Source: Squalus acanthias (Eukaryota). From it: a stretch of 64,000 nt of DNA. Under the pieces are notes generated by a model. The model did not search any database. It was not told the origin of the DNA and worked only from the letters and a program-made list of their open reading frames with translations. Of this stretch, positions 35,571-48,679 are shown in pieces (within the stretch, counting starts at the first letter, position 1; every line of letters starts with the position of its first letter). The DNA lies in contig CM059432.1 in NCBI GenBank assembly GCA_030390025.1, positions 92,134,001 through 92,198,000 of the forward strand, read 5' to 3'. The translations under genes and the position numbers were made by a program.

Positions 35571-37669
35571 GAGGATGAGAAGATGGTTGCAGTACTTAAA
35601 TAAGCTGCCGAACTGAGGATTGCTGCATCATGTCCATGATCTTTGTCCTGTGAACTATCCTTTCCTTCTATACTTTCCTGCTAATTGGATGATCAAACTA
35701 TAACAGCTGCTTCACCAACCTCAGGAATTTTAATGTAATTATTTATGGCTGTTAGGTCACTTAAGAGGTGCCAAAAATCTGCCTGCTGGTAGGTTGATTT
35801 TTTTCTTTTGCCATTGCAGTTTAGGTAACAACAAGGGGTGCATTTTAGCAGAGGGAAGAGGCGAGGGATAGAACATAATCCCATTGGCTATTGCTAAACT
35901 CTAAATATTTCCTGCACTATGGACAATGACCTAAAGAGGAGAACTCGGCCCCTCTGATTCTAAACTTCTCATTTGCTTGTTAATGTTCATCAGGAGTTTC
36001 ATCTTTTTCTCCAATGTGCGATTAACACCTGACAGGTGGTCACTACGAGGGGACCAGTGCATGCTGTGGCAATTAATGACACTTCAACTTGAGGAATAGG
36101 TGCATTCTGTCTTAAAGCTCTAAATTTAAAATTATATCAACATTTTCTATGATACAGTAATAGCAAAATGTGAAACGAGTAAGACAGCTAAGCCAGAAAA
36201 GATGGAAGACTGACAGACTAATTAAGTTCTCCAGTAGACCCTTCATTGCTCTGTAGAATGCCATTACTCTTATATGAACATGACATGGGACCTGTTATAT
36301 TAATGGAGATTCCTGCAGCTTGCGAATACATGTAAAACAGCTTTAATTCCACATCGTGGTAAGAAGCCTGAAGCAAGTTAATATAAATTTAAAGCTTATA
36401 GATGGTGAAGTAAATCCTGAAGATTTTGCTTTTCAAAGCACAGTAGGGGTTCCTTCGGAGAATGCGGCTCCCACGACTGATTTGAACTTTGTTCATGTTG
36501 TGTTGTTTCTTCATGGGAGTCACTTTGATTTTCACTACAGTCCTGCACAAATTATTGCCATGCTGGGCTGAAGCCTGGGGCCTAGTCAGGAAACCTATTT
36601 GAAATAAATGTATTCTTGGCATAATGGTTAGCAAACATATTTATTCAGGAATTGAGTGGTGACTTGTTTATGGAATGTTCAGTTGAACATTTTTATATTC
36701 AAATGAAGAGAGCTGGTGTGGACCAAAATAAATATTTAATGCTTACTGCAGGATGTCATGAGAGCTGTCCAGGCATCAGAATCATTGCTTGAGAGCTCCG
36801 ATGATCTGGTTGATAAGGGCTGACCCGTGGGTGCCATTTTTCTACGGTATCTGTGGCTTTTCCACCAAAATCATAGTGGATGAGCGGGAGAACCCCTGTG
36901 GAAACTCAGCCCCGCAGCACGATATATTTAGTTTCAGAACCTCATGCTAGCTTGTGTATTATTAAACCATGGTTGTCTAAAATTATACATTCAGTTCTGC
37001 ACTGCTCTTATGAAATATTCATTTCTCCGCCCCCCCCACCCCACCCCCACTCCAGTGACTTCACCTCATGAATAGAAAAGCTTCCATCACTGTCAAACAT
37101 TTGTACTGATTTTACATTCAGGCAGTAAAGCTCAAATTTTAGTCTCGATTCTTCAGGTTAGGTCAATGTATGACCCATTTTGTGTAAATCTTCCAAGTAG
37201 TCCAGGCACATAGAAACGTTGCTAGGCAACACACACTATACCCCTTTGAAAGATATTCTAGTCTCAGTTGTTTTACAATAGTCTAGTGATGAATACCACC
37301 GTTTAAGTGAGCACAGTGTGAATGTTTATCTTCGGCTGCAAAGAGGATGTAACCCTTTAAATACTGGATATTCAGGAGAGCTATTGCCAAACAAAAGTTC
37401 CCATCTAGCTCTAATAAATCTATCTGTAATATTAAGGGGATAATTTTTACTTTTCAGCAGGGAACTCGGTCCGCGCTCGCCAGTGAAAATTACCCCCAAA
37501 GGTCTTTGCCGCAAATTTTCTCGGCAGTTCTTCCGATTGGCCATTGTAACGTCTACCTGGGGCTTGCACCAATCTTCCGCCAAAGTTACAGCAACCAATC
37601 GGGAGACCCTCCCCTCGAGGAAACTCCACGTGCTTCTGTATAACATGCATTTCTCTAATGTAACACTTA

Positions 37670-37870
37670 GCGGATGAATTTTCACACGGTGGGGTGCGTT
37701 GGGGGGGGGGAGAGGGTTCCAGTTCACCCACCGTAACTTTGGTGGAAGAGCCTCAGAAACCCCAGAAAAACAGCATGGACACCACATACGCCATTTTTCC
37801 AGGGTTTCCGCAGCTCTTCCATTGAGGTTACAGCAGGTGAGCAGAAAAACTCCCATGAAAATTCATCCTC
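37670..37870. mobile_element. Short Harbinger-type MITE (201 bp); a related degenerate piece lies at ~37436-37660
   Basis: TIRs GCGGATGAATTTTCA / TGAAAATTCATCCTC, flanked by TTA and TGA. Confidence 0.7.
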
Positions 37871-38669
37871 TGACTTCCAATAACACTTCGCACCTGTCTA
37901 TAACTCTTTGCCATTCTGCAGAGGATTGCTGCAGAGTAGAATGGCCTTGGACTTCTATGATAAGCAGGAATTTTTAAACATTTTTGATTTTTTTTAAGCA
38001 ATCAATCAATCACCCTGTGATCAATTGCATCAGCTTTCTAAACCTTTAATTTTAAAGTGCCTTCTCTGCTGCCCATAGCATCATTTAATAAGATCATAGG
38101 AACAGGAGTAGGCCATTCAGCCCCTCGAGCCTGTTCTGCATGGAATACACTGGAGTTACTTACACCAAGTCTTGCTAGGGCATAAATAATGGAAATTGTG
38201 CTGTTAAAATGCTTGAATGCTCCTTCTACACATTCTAAACCCACCCAGTCACTTCAGGGAGGAACACACTGTGCACGATGTTCTGTACATTGGTCAAACA
38301 ATCCTGAGCAATGTGTGCCTAAATTCCTGATATATACTCCCAGTGGGTAAGGCTCTACACCGGGAACAGATAATCAAAAATGACCCATTCTAGTGTTTGT
38401 AGGGACTAATATTCTGATCCTTGCAAAAATGGGCTTGTGCTGGACCATATCTTAAGTGCATTCATGCCTGCAGCATAAGGGAGGAGGCAGGATGTGCCCA
38501 ATTTTCCGATATAAAGGCCTTTCCCTATTTTCACTAGACTGTCAGGGAACTTGGCCTATAACCTTGGCTGGTGATTGGAAAATTGGGCACACAGGCAGCT
38601 CTTAAAGAGTTGTAGCTCACTATAATAAGGGGGTGTTAGGTAGCAACAGAAAAGTTGCTTAATTATTCA

Positions 38670-39150
38670 CAATGGCACAGCAATGACATGTGATCAACAC
38701 AGCTCCGTTTATTAGTGACCGTTTAGGGTTCTGCTACAGAAAATGCACCAGAGGAGGCCTATATGGGGCTGTAGACCTGCTGCCAGTAAAAGCAAAGTTA
38801 CCAGCTGCAAGGAGAAAGCTACCTGGCTATAAATGGAGAAGGTGAGTACACTTTAGCACACATTTCTTGGGAGGCCATTCAAGCATGGCATAAACTCCCC
38901 AATCCCAGGGAGGTACCATTTAAAACTTTGTGCACAATCATTGCCCTTTTGCACCAATGGTTTAATTGCGCAAAAGCTGCTTTATACACTTTTCCCGCAG
39001 GTGCAGCTGGTAGATGTGGAACAGCAAACAGATGTTCAAGCTTCCAGCCTGAGGCCTTCCTCTGCTGTCAGGAGATTTCTCAATGGGGGCAGCAGCCATG
39101 GATGTAGACGATAGACATAGGGGATCTCTCTTCCACCATCCCGCACAGGA
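38670..39150 (+). pseudogene. Highly decayed Harbinger Myb gene remnant (exon 1, intron ~38842-39000, exon 2)
   Basis: ATGGCACAGCAA start as in elements E and F, a donor AAG|GTGAGT, and an acceptor TTTTCCCGCAG. Confidence 0.45.
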
Positions 39151-39559
39151 CGGGATCACGGCAGAGAATGTTGGAAAATGTGGGTGATGAGGCCTACCAC
39201 CACCCCACTGCATGACCAGATTGTTCCTCCCCATGTCCCTGTCAGGACTGCCACTGCCCGTTCTTTCTCTACCCGCTGTATGTAAATGGCAATGGCGAGG
39301 GGGAGTGGGCGGTTGGAGGGGGTTTGAGTTCCAGCAGATTTTCCTGCTCTCTGCCACATTTACTGTCATACCCTGGAGCCACTACGTGAAAGGTGGTGGT
39401 AGCCCCGAGAAGTAGCAGTAAATACCCAAATGGAGGGAGAGTGTGCCTTGTAATAGTTTTCACTCCCTCCAGACAGTCCCAGAAACTTAAACTGAAGACT
39501 TTGGTTTCAGCCAAGACCTTCAGTGGGATCATCAGGGCATTTCTGTCTCTTGATGTCCT

Positions 39560-39838
39560 AGAATGAAAAAGGCAGCAGGAGCATGAGAACATCATCATCT
39601 CCAAGTTCCCCTCCAAGTCACATACCTTCCCAACTAGGACATATATCACTGTTCCTTCATCGTTGTTGGGTCAAAATCCTGGAACTCCCTACCTACCAAC
39701 ACTGAGAGCACCTTCACCACACGGACTGCAGCGGTTCAAGAAGACCCACCATCATCTTCTCAAGTGCAGTTAGGGATGGGCAATGAATGCTGGCCTTGTC
39801 AGCGACACCTACGTCTTGAAGAATGAGAAAAAAATAAA
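39560..39838 (+). mobile_element. LINE (CR1-group) 3' end of a different family
   Basis: TCAAAATCCTGGAACTCCCTACC (WNSLP motif) followed by a short UTR and an A-rich tail. Confidence 0.6.
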
Positions 39839-40203
39839 GAAGTACCACACTGCCAAAACTCCACCCAAAGAGGAAAATCCTGTCTATGGAGATAGAAGCT
39901 GAGAGAGAAAGTGTTCATACAATTTGCAGGCATTGTTTTCGGTTATTTTCCACTATGGATGAACTTTCATGTGGGTACAGCCATTCATGAAATGTCCTTA
40001 CAAAACATGAAAATAAAATCATTTTTTCCAGAGCGTCAAGGTTCTGCTCCAACAAAATTAGGTGTGCTCACCCCTGTACACCGTTTATTACTGATCTTGT
40101 GTTGTGCGCTGCTTGGGGATAACTCTCTGTTCCTATCAGCAAATCACTGAAATTGATTTCTGTAATGAGTTACCAGGGCACCAAGCAACTGGAGAAAGAC
40201 ACA

Positions 40204-42540
40204 GGCCGGAACTTTCCGGGGTGGTAGCGGGCGAGATCAGTGGCGGGTCGGGTGGGAAAGTTGTTATTTTTGACAGCGGGCCAGGAACCATAAGAACATA
40301 AGAACATAAGAAATAGGAGCAGGAGTAGGCCATTCAGCCCTTCGAGCCTGCTCCGCCATTCAATGAGATCATGGCTGATCTTCTGCCTCAACTCCATTCA
40401 CCGGCCCTATCGCCATATCCCTTGATGCCCTTACTAGTCAGAAATCTATCGACTTCTGTTTTGAATATACCCAATGACTGAGCCTCCACAGCCCTCTGGG
40501 GTAGAGAATTCCAAAGATTCACCACCCTCTGTGTGAAGAAATTTCTTCTCATCTCAGTCCTGAATGGCCTACCCTTTATCCTGAGGCTGTGGCCCCTGGT
40601 TCTAGACTCCCCAGCCAAGGAAAAATTCTCCCAGCATCCACCCTATCAAGCCCTGTAATAATTTTGTATGCTTCAATGAGATCCCCTCTCATTCTTCTGA
40701 ATTCAAGAAAATACAGGCCTAATTTACTCAATCTCTTCTCATACGACAGTCCCGCCATCCCAGGAATCAATCTCGTGAACCTTCGTTGCACTCCCTCTAT
40801 GGCAAGTATATCCTTCCTTAGGTAAGGAGACCAAAATTGTACACAGTACTCCAGGTGCCCCCTGTCATCCAGCCCCCACGCGCCTTTCCCCCAGGCGCGT
40901 CTGTCATCGCGGAGCCGACCCAACCGGTAGCGGCGGGCAACCCAATTGAAATCATTATCACGTAGTTTACAGGCAGTTAAGAGCCTTTTTCCACTTTTTA
41001 AATTTCCCTGCATGGCCATGGGATTCACACAGCTCAGGAACCACATCTGTCAACCTGAGGCAGGAGTTCCGTGGCCATTGCACCAGCTGATTACTTGACA
41101 GCATCAAACGTACAGTAAAAGCTCCCACCTGACAGATGATCACTTTCCTCAGGCAGAAGCTGTTGCTCCGTCCATCTCCAGCACAGATTCTGCAGGCTGC
41201 AAGTGTTTCCAGCAAAGTCTCCATCCAGTATCACCTCATTGGAAGAACCTTTCTCACCATTGACAGAATGCTTCTGACATCTCTATTTCACCTGCCATCT
41301 ATTCCATCAACATGGGTACCGTTTATACTGTCTCACCTTGTTCCTCAGAATCGAACCACGATGAGCCCCAACACCAGCAGTACCAGGCACACCAACAGCA
41401 CCAACCACAACACCAACCTTCTCCGCAATCACCTGATGCTGCACAGGACACAGGGCACCAGCACCTGAGCACATTGCTGCCTGGGAGGCCAGGGATGGCC
41501 TCACTATGGCCAGATTTAGTTAACTTTATGCTGTACACCTATATGATGTGCCAGGTTAGCACCACCCCACACCAACACCATAAAGCATCCCTACAATGAC
41601 CAAGCCATTTTCACACTCTTCACCATTGCAGGGGTTACCATTATGTCTCACCATTCACTGTAACTCACGAAGCCACTTCCAAAGGTGCACACAGATCTCT
41701 CCAAGACCGGAAAGTGTTGAAAATAAAGATTTTTATGTTTGACACCACATTAACAGAAACTTTACATAAACATTGGATAAAGCATCCTTGTGTGCTGTTA
41801 GTTGGTATGATTGCAGTAGGATGAGGGTGAGTGTGAGGGGTGGCTAGTGAAATGGGGATGTGATAATGTAGATAGAGAGAGAGGGATGGGTGGAGGTGCA
41901 GGTAAGTTGGTGTGAGTAAGGATGTACAGGAGTAGGGTTGGGAAGACGGAGTGATGGGGATGTGATGAGAGGCACAGCAGGATTCAATTGAGTGTGGCTT
42001 TGTACTGACGTTTCCTGAACTAATTAGATCATTGAAACGTATGCAGCACTGCACCCAGGTCCTCCTGATCACATCCCTGCTTGTGACCTCCTCTGTAATC
42101 TGCAACCAGGCTGTCTTGGTCTCCTGGGGAGGTCTCTTCTGCCCATCGGAAGGGAAGAGGATCTCCATGCATACTCTGACTCCCTCCATAAGCATATGGA
42201 GGGAGTCATCGGTGAACCTGGGTGCAGCCCTCTGCCTCTGTGCAATCATGTTCAGTGTTTGCAGCAATCCAACGCTGTAGAGCACTGACAGCACTATGTT
42301 AGATTAAACTTCAAATGTAATGTGGCCATGGTCCCTTTAAAGATCCCGGCTGAAAACGCGTCATGAATGACGTCACCAGGCCCGCTCCATCTCATTGGGC
42401 CAGGTAATGTGCTGGGCGGGTTTAATAGGCCCCATTAAAGTAAGTTCATTTTCAACAGCAGGATGGAGCCACCAGCGGGGTCGCGACCCGACATGGACAC
42501 CGCCCGCACCGGACCTGCCCAGGTAGGCAAAATTCTGGTC
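40204..42540. mobile_element. Harbinger derivative F (transposase core and most of the Myb gene deleted)
   Basis: Termini GGCCGGAACTTT / AAAATTCTGGTC. TSD ACA at 40201-40203 and 42541-42543. Transposase N-terminus MGTVYTVSPCSSES... at 41312 (+). Myb exon 1 RAAPRFTDDSLHML...RFNDL at ~42249-42010 (-). Confidence 0.85.
40289..40857 (-). mobile_element. CR1 3' fragment nested in element F
   Basis: HLEYCVQFWSPY...LWNSLPQ and a (TTCTTATG)3 tail. Confidence 0.92.
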
Positions 42541-45500
42541 ACAGGTTCAGAGCTTGGATTGGCAGGAACTTTGGGGGAATTTTTGGTTTGGTGGGCGAGG
42601 GAAAGGGCGGCAGAATCAGTAGAAGCAGCCGAACAGATGGTCCCAAACTTAGTGACGAAGAAGTCCATGAGCTCCTCGCACTTATTGTTAGAAGTGAGGG
42701 AGAAGGGGGCAGGGGAGAGGGTTTAAGGAGACGGTTGGAGGGAGGTACCTGGCTATAACTGGGGATGATGTGTCCTGCTCTCAGGGGAATGGCGAAGGTG
42801 AGTACACTTTAGCACGCATACATATCTTGGGAGGCCCATCAAGCACGACATAAACTCCCCAATTCTCGGGATGTACCATTTAAAACTTTGTGCACAACCA
42901 TTGCTCTTTTCACCAATGTTTTCATTGTGCAATAGCTGTTTTATACAATTTTCCTGCAGAAAAGAAGCAAGGAGTTCTCTTTGCTCTCCAGGATGACCCT
43001 GGAGTAGTGGTAGTTTTGGCAGAGGACAGTGAGGCCCGATAGCACTTAATGTGGTCCAACCAGATCTGGTTATGCATGGCTAAAACAGTTTTGCACCAGC
43101 TGCTGAAGACCTTTAAAGCCTGTCATTGCCCACCCAGCAACAAGAAGACTGCCAAGTACAGGTGTTTTCCACACTGGGAGCTGCCTGAGATTATGCAAAT
43201 TATGCTGAACCAAAAATACACACATGGTGAGCTCGGTAGATTTCAGGTGGGTGCTTTTCTTGCGCTGGCCCAATTCCAGGCATCCTCATGCCTGATCAAA
43301 AATCTAGGGACTCCTAAACTGGCATCTGATTTAGTTCTGATTTAAACTGACAGATTAATGAAAAGAAGGCTTGGTTTGGCCTTCAAGAAGCATGAGCTGT
43401 TTTTCCCACAAGCTGTTAAATGCAAGGTGTATTTCTAGATATTGCACAATATATGATGCATTTTTAAGTGCAGTATAGTAAAAGTAATAAATCTCGGTTA
43501 ACTGCTGAAAAGGCAATCCTAGATGGAGAGAGGCTCTCAGCTTTATTTTCCTGTCTTTGATGCAAGACTGCATTTTGGTACAGTGTTCACATAAAAGGTT
43601 GTTACGGTATTTTCATGCTTCAGTGAGTGTGCAGTATTTCATACCTGGCACCTCGATCCCCCTCCTTTGTTACTGGCAGTCCCCATTTCTATTCTTGTAT
43701 GTTTTGAACATAACAATGTGAGCATGCCATCTGTTTATGTGAGAATTAGTTGTCTCAAGCACGCATGCAGCATATGGAGTAGGCACAGTGGCTGATGAAA
43801 CAACATGGGTGAAAAGTTGATTAGCATTGTACTGAACACTACCTTTTATACTGCCACCTTTCAAATTACATCCTCCAGAAAGAAGAAACTCTGGCATGCA
43901 ATGAAACAAAAGACTATTTCTACATTTGCTTTTATGGATGGTTTACTGTAGTTTGTACTATCTTCTCTTTTTCTTCTTCACCAATTCCAGCGTCATCAGC
44001 CTGTCACCATTTTTTTTGCTTTGCGCCTTTATATTTGTCTGTTAATAATCTTATTTTTCACAGTCGTTGGTGAGTAATTGTTTCCACAGAGGGATATGTT
44101 CACTGCAAAAAAAGACCACTTTGGATTGGCAGAAAAGACTTTCTATGATTTTATGCAGTGGAAGAAACCTAAAATGTGAGATTCGTCTGTAATTTACACC
44201 CGATATATAAGGGGGATGGGGGGGATCAGGCTTATCAGAGAGCTTCCCGTGTTACTGAGATAGCTGGCCCAGAACTTCCTGCAACTATGATACTGGCAAC
44301 GAACGTCATTTGTTAGACCGTTGTGCGTCACGATCCTCCAGTGGAGAACGAATTAGAATTTGCCGCAGTGAGCAGCGAATCAGAAGTGGTGAGGCCAATG
44401 ACCAAAGTAAAAACCCATTGCAATGTGATGCTACTTAGTCTTTCTATCTGTCTCTAAACACAAACACCAGAAGCACAGACAGGTAAAAGGCAGCATTATT
44501 AATTGGATCATATTTCTCTACGGACTAGCTTTTTGCAAAACTATTTGCATCCAGCAGTCTTGAAAATCAATGTTTAAAGGTTGAACTGACAGCAGAATCA
44601 AGCACTAATTCAAATTATAGAGAGCTGATGCGCATTAAAGATTGTTTTTATAAATGTCTGGTTAGTTCATTAGATAGTACAGTGACTCCCCCAACCGTCT
44701 TCTCATTGAGGTTGTAATAAAAATACGGAAACCAGAAGCTTTTAGTCTTGAGTTGCTATTAATCCCAGTGCTGTTTCTGAGTTGTTACTAATGTTACTCA
44801 CTCTGCAGTAACAGTCTGAACACCACGGCTCCTATTTATCATGCGAATGGGGATCATACCAATACAGAAATAGAATTCAGAAATGTTACCCTAAAGTCTG
44901 TTGCTATATTTTTGTGAAAATTGATTATTAAAGTGAACATTGTGGCTCAGTCACTTGAGAGTGGGATGGGGTTGGGGGGAGGGGGAGAAGATATAGTGAT
45001 AAAGGGTTGGTCGAGTATTGTAGAAATACTGAACACATGGGTGCAGTTAACCATTTCAGCAGCCAACCAAAGACCGTATTTGTGCTCAAGACATGTTTAC
45101 TAGCATGATTCTAAACTAATAATATTACGAGACCCTTGAAGTTTCAGGCTAGAATATTTTACTCATGTATATTGTCCATGCGCTGTGGATTGTAATAAGG
45201 TGTAAATGGGCACATTGTGATCACTGACAACCAAATTCAGAGAGCATAGGATTAACGATCCGAATTACATATAACAAAATGTCATATTTGGATGGTAGTT
45301 TAAGGCTAGGGACTGGCGACCCACTCCTCCCAGATATTTACATCATTATGAGATTTCTCCTCATAACTGAATAATTTTTTTAAAACACCTAACAAGGGCG
45401 ACACAATTATTATTATTTCTTAATTTAAACAGCAAACTAAGATTCCTGTGATTACACCAAACACACTGAGTCCACTAGCACCAAATTCTGCAATGGTCTA

Positions 45501-46269
45501 AGTGACAGAAGTAATCACATTAGCGTTAATTCCGCAGATTCGCGATCGCCATTGATTTTAATGGAGACAGGGCTATAATAAACTGTTTTGGGGAGGGAAA
45601 CATCGGAGGGGTGCAAAAGTCCCAGGAAATTATGGCGTGGAATACGTTACAGCATAAATCACTAGCGCCATATTTTCCTGGGACTTTTGCGATGAAAAAT
45701 GGGCCCTGTGTAGATGTGCTACTACAATGGCACAAGTCTCCGTGAAATTCTGGGCCAATAATTGTCAGTGGTATTTATCTCGTCCTTTAGTATTTTAACA
45801 AATATGGAATTTCAGGAAAGGGAAATGTGTCAGTAGCCAACTGGCATGCAATTATCAAAGCACTTTAGGGTGCACTAAGCCCTGGGCTTCAATGCCTGCT
45901 AGAAATAGGAGCTGGAGCTGTATCACAAACTTAACTGAGACACACGGCACACAATTACCCTACGTTAAAATAGAACAGGGACTGGGATCTTCCACAAGGT
46001 CAGTTCATGGAGCAGGTGCAAGAATGTTTCTTATTACCACATTTAAAGCAGTGGCTAGGAGAGAGGTTTCACATTGTGTTATAGATCAGGGATGATTATA
46101 ATATAACTGATGAGTGGAACCAAGGTCACACAGTCCACATGGTTCAGTTCTGGGTAGCCAAAACGAAATAGAACTATACACCAGCCTTTAGTCTCATCCA
46201 GGATAAGGAGGAGCAAGCTACTGTTATAACAAATTATCCTTATGAGCAGGGGGGCAACAGAAGGCACCT

Positions 46270-46650
46270 AAGTTGCACTATGAACTCCAACTGTGCAGCC
46301 ATTGAATTTCCTGAATAGCAAGGGATTCTACTCCCTCAGTGTTCAAATTGTTTGTGGCCAGCTACAACAAATCTTGCATGTCAATGCCACACTTGCAGGA
46401 AGTTGTCACAATGCTTTTGTCATAAGGAACTTCAACCTTCCAGCCCTACTCAGGGAAGACAATCAAGTGTCAGGATGGCTTCTGGGAGACAAGGTTTACA
46501 TGGCTCATAATGCCACTTTGACTGGCAGACCCACCAGCAGAACATCGCTACAACAAGGCTCATTCATCAACTAGAGGACTGTAGGGCTTTTGAAGGAAAA
46601 GCTTCACTATTTTGATAGGCCTGTGGAGCACTTACTTTATCATCTGGCCA
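46270..46650 (+). pseudogene. Ancient Harbinger transposase fragment
   Basis: NSKGFYSLSVQIVC...AGSCHNAFVIR...GWLLGDK in ORF 46293-46574. Confidence 0.82.
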
Positions 46651-46764
46651 GTACATTAACAGCCCCGTCTACTTCTTCCTACTTCCCTCCACAAAGAAGC
46701 CATTAACTGCAGCTCTTCGGTTCCTTCTCTGCGCTCAATAGCTTTCAATGCTCTCATTAATTCT

Positions 46765-46977
46765 GAGAAGTCGCACAACACCAGGTTATAGTCCAACAGT
46801 TTTATTTAAAATTACGAGCTTTCGGAGCGCTGCTCCTTCTTCAGGTACAAGTACCTGAAGAAGGAGCAGCGCTCCAAAAGCTCGTAATTTTAAATAAAAC
46901 TGTTGGACTATAACCTGGTGTTGTGCGACTTCTCATTTTTGTCCACCCCAGTCCAACACCGGCATCCCCGCATCATG
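46765..46977. mobile_element. Penelope-derived palindromic insertion
   Basis: 85-bp arms at 46764-46848 and 46851-46935 with one mismatch, a ~40-bp extension, and a 12-bp direct repeat CTCATTAATTCT at 46753-46764 and 46978-46989. Confidence 0.82.
46813..46847 (-). ncRNA. Candidate minimal hammerhead ribozyme
   Basis: TAC-CTGAAGA-A-GGAGC-AGC-GCTCC-GAAA-GCT-C-GTA. Core boxes intact, 5-bp stem II, palindromic AGCT, 3-bp stem I. Confidence 0.55.
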
Positions 46978-47634
46978 CTCATTAATTCTATTTAATAAAA
47001 GCAGCTTCCATACATTTCCAAAATAATTCTGCATGTGCAACTTTCATGCTGTCATAATTTTATTATCAACTACGTTGTCTGTGTGAGTGCCTAATGCTGC
47101 TTACCACTATGCAAAGACAAAGTAAAAAGAGTTTAGAACAGTTTCCTGCTGAGTGGTGTTCACATGTCATTTTCAGTAGGAGTGACATACAGTAAAGCAG
47201 ACCTTGATGGCATAATTCAGATCAATGAAACCATGCACTGAATCTTAACTCCCAAAAAGGTGTGGGTTGGTGTCGGTACCGAGGTTAAAATTCAAAAATC
47301 TGAAACAGGAATCCAACCCGCATCGACTCGCCACTTCTGGTTTTAAAGGAGATGGGACTGGGGGCGGGCGACCAATCCGCTCGCAGGAGGGAGGTTGGTC
47401 ATTTCAATATTATGAGGCTGCCTGCCTTCATTTTAACAGTCATTCTATTTTTCATTCATTTCAGCCGGGTTTCCCAGGCCTCGGGAAACTCGGCAGCTGA
47501 AAGGAGGTAAGAAGAGCTGAATCCATGTGTATTTACAGCACTGCTTGTAGGCCAGGAGAAGCAGAAGTGTTTCCTCCAGGCCCAACAAGCTACCCAGTAA
47601 ACGCACCACCCCCCGCAATCAGAATGTTCCCCCC

Positions 47635-48640
47635 CCCACCATCAGACCCACCTGACCACCATCGGACCCACCTCCCGACCACCATCGGACCCACCTCCCG
47701 ACCACCATCGGACCCACCACCCGACCACCATCAGACCCACCTGACCACCATCAGACCCACCACCCGACCACCATCAGACCCACCTGACCACCATCAGACT
47801 CACCTCCCGACCACCATCGGACCCACCACCCGACCACCATCAGACCCACCTGACCACCATCAGACCCACCTCCCGACCACCATCGGACCCACCACCCGAC
47901 CACCATCGGACCCACCACCCGACCACCATCAGACCCACCTCCCGACCACCATCGGACCCACCACCCGACCACCATCGGACCCACCACCCGACCACCATCG
48001 GACCCACCACCTGACCACCATCAGACCCACCTCCCAACCACCATCAGACCCACCTCCCGACCACCATCAGACCCACCTCCCGACCACCATCAGACCCACC
48101 TCCCAACCACCATTGGACCCACCTCCCAACCACCATTGGACCCACCTGACCACCATCAGACCCACCTCCCAACCACCATCAGACCCACCTCCCGACCACC
48201 ATCAGACCCACCTCCCAACCACCATTGGACCCACCTGACCACCATCAGACCCACCACCCGACCACCATCAGACCCACCACCAGACCACCATCAGACCCAC
48301 CTCCCGACCACCATCAGACCCACCACCAGACCACCATCAGACCCACCTGCCAACCACCATCGGACCCCCCTGACCACCATCAGACCCACCACCCGACCAC
48401 CATCAGACCCACCACCAGACCACCATCAGACCCACCACCCGACCACCATCAGACCCACCACCAGACCACCATCAGACCCACCACCTGACCACCATCAGAC
48501 CCACCTCCCGACCACCATCGGACCCACCTGACCACCATCAGACCCACCACCAGACCACCATTGGACCCCCCCGACCACCATCGGACACCCTCCCGACCAC
48601 CATCGGACCCCTCCGATCACCATCTGCACCCCCCACCATA
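47635..48640. repeat. Minisatellite, 23-bp unit CCGACCACCATCRGACCCACCWC with a 19-bp variant
   Basis: Read directly from the sequence. Confidence 0.96.
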
Positions 48641-48679
48641 GGACCTCCCCCGACCAAACCCTCCCTGTGACCAGGCACC

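Larger units (their letters stand above)
40185..43095 (-). mobile_element. L2 fragment split by element F and by a ~220-bp insert
   Basis: 42544-42737 and 42960-43095 are reverse complements of ~17680-17870 and ~17530-17670. Confidence 0.75.

Noticed and set aside
36356..36634. Coding exon of a host gene
   Set aside because: There is an acceptor-like site on the minus strand, but no recognisable protein similarity and no clear donor.
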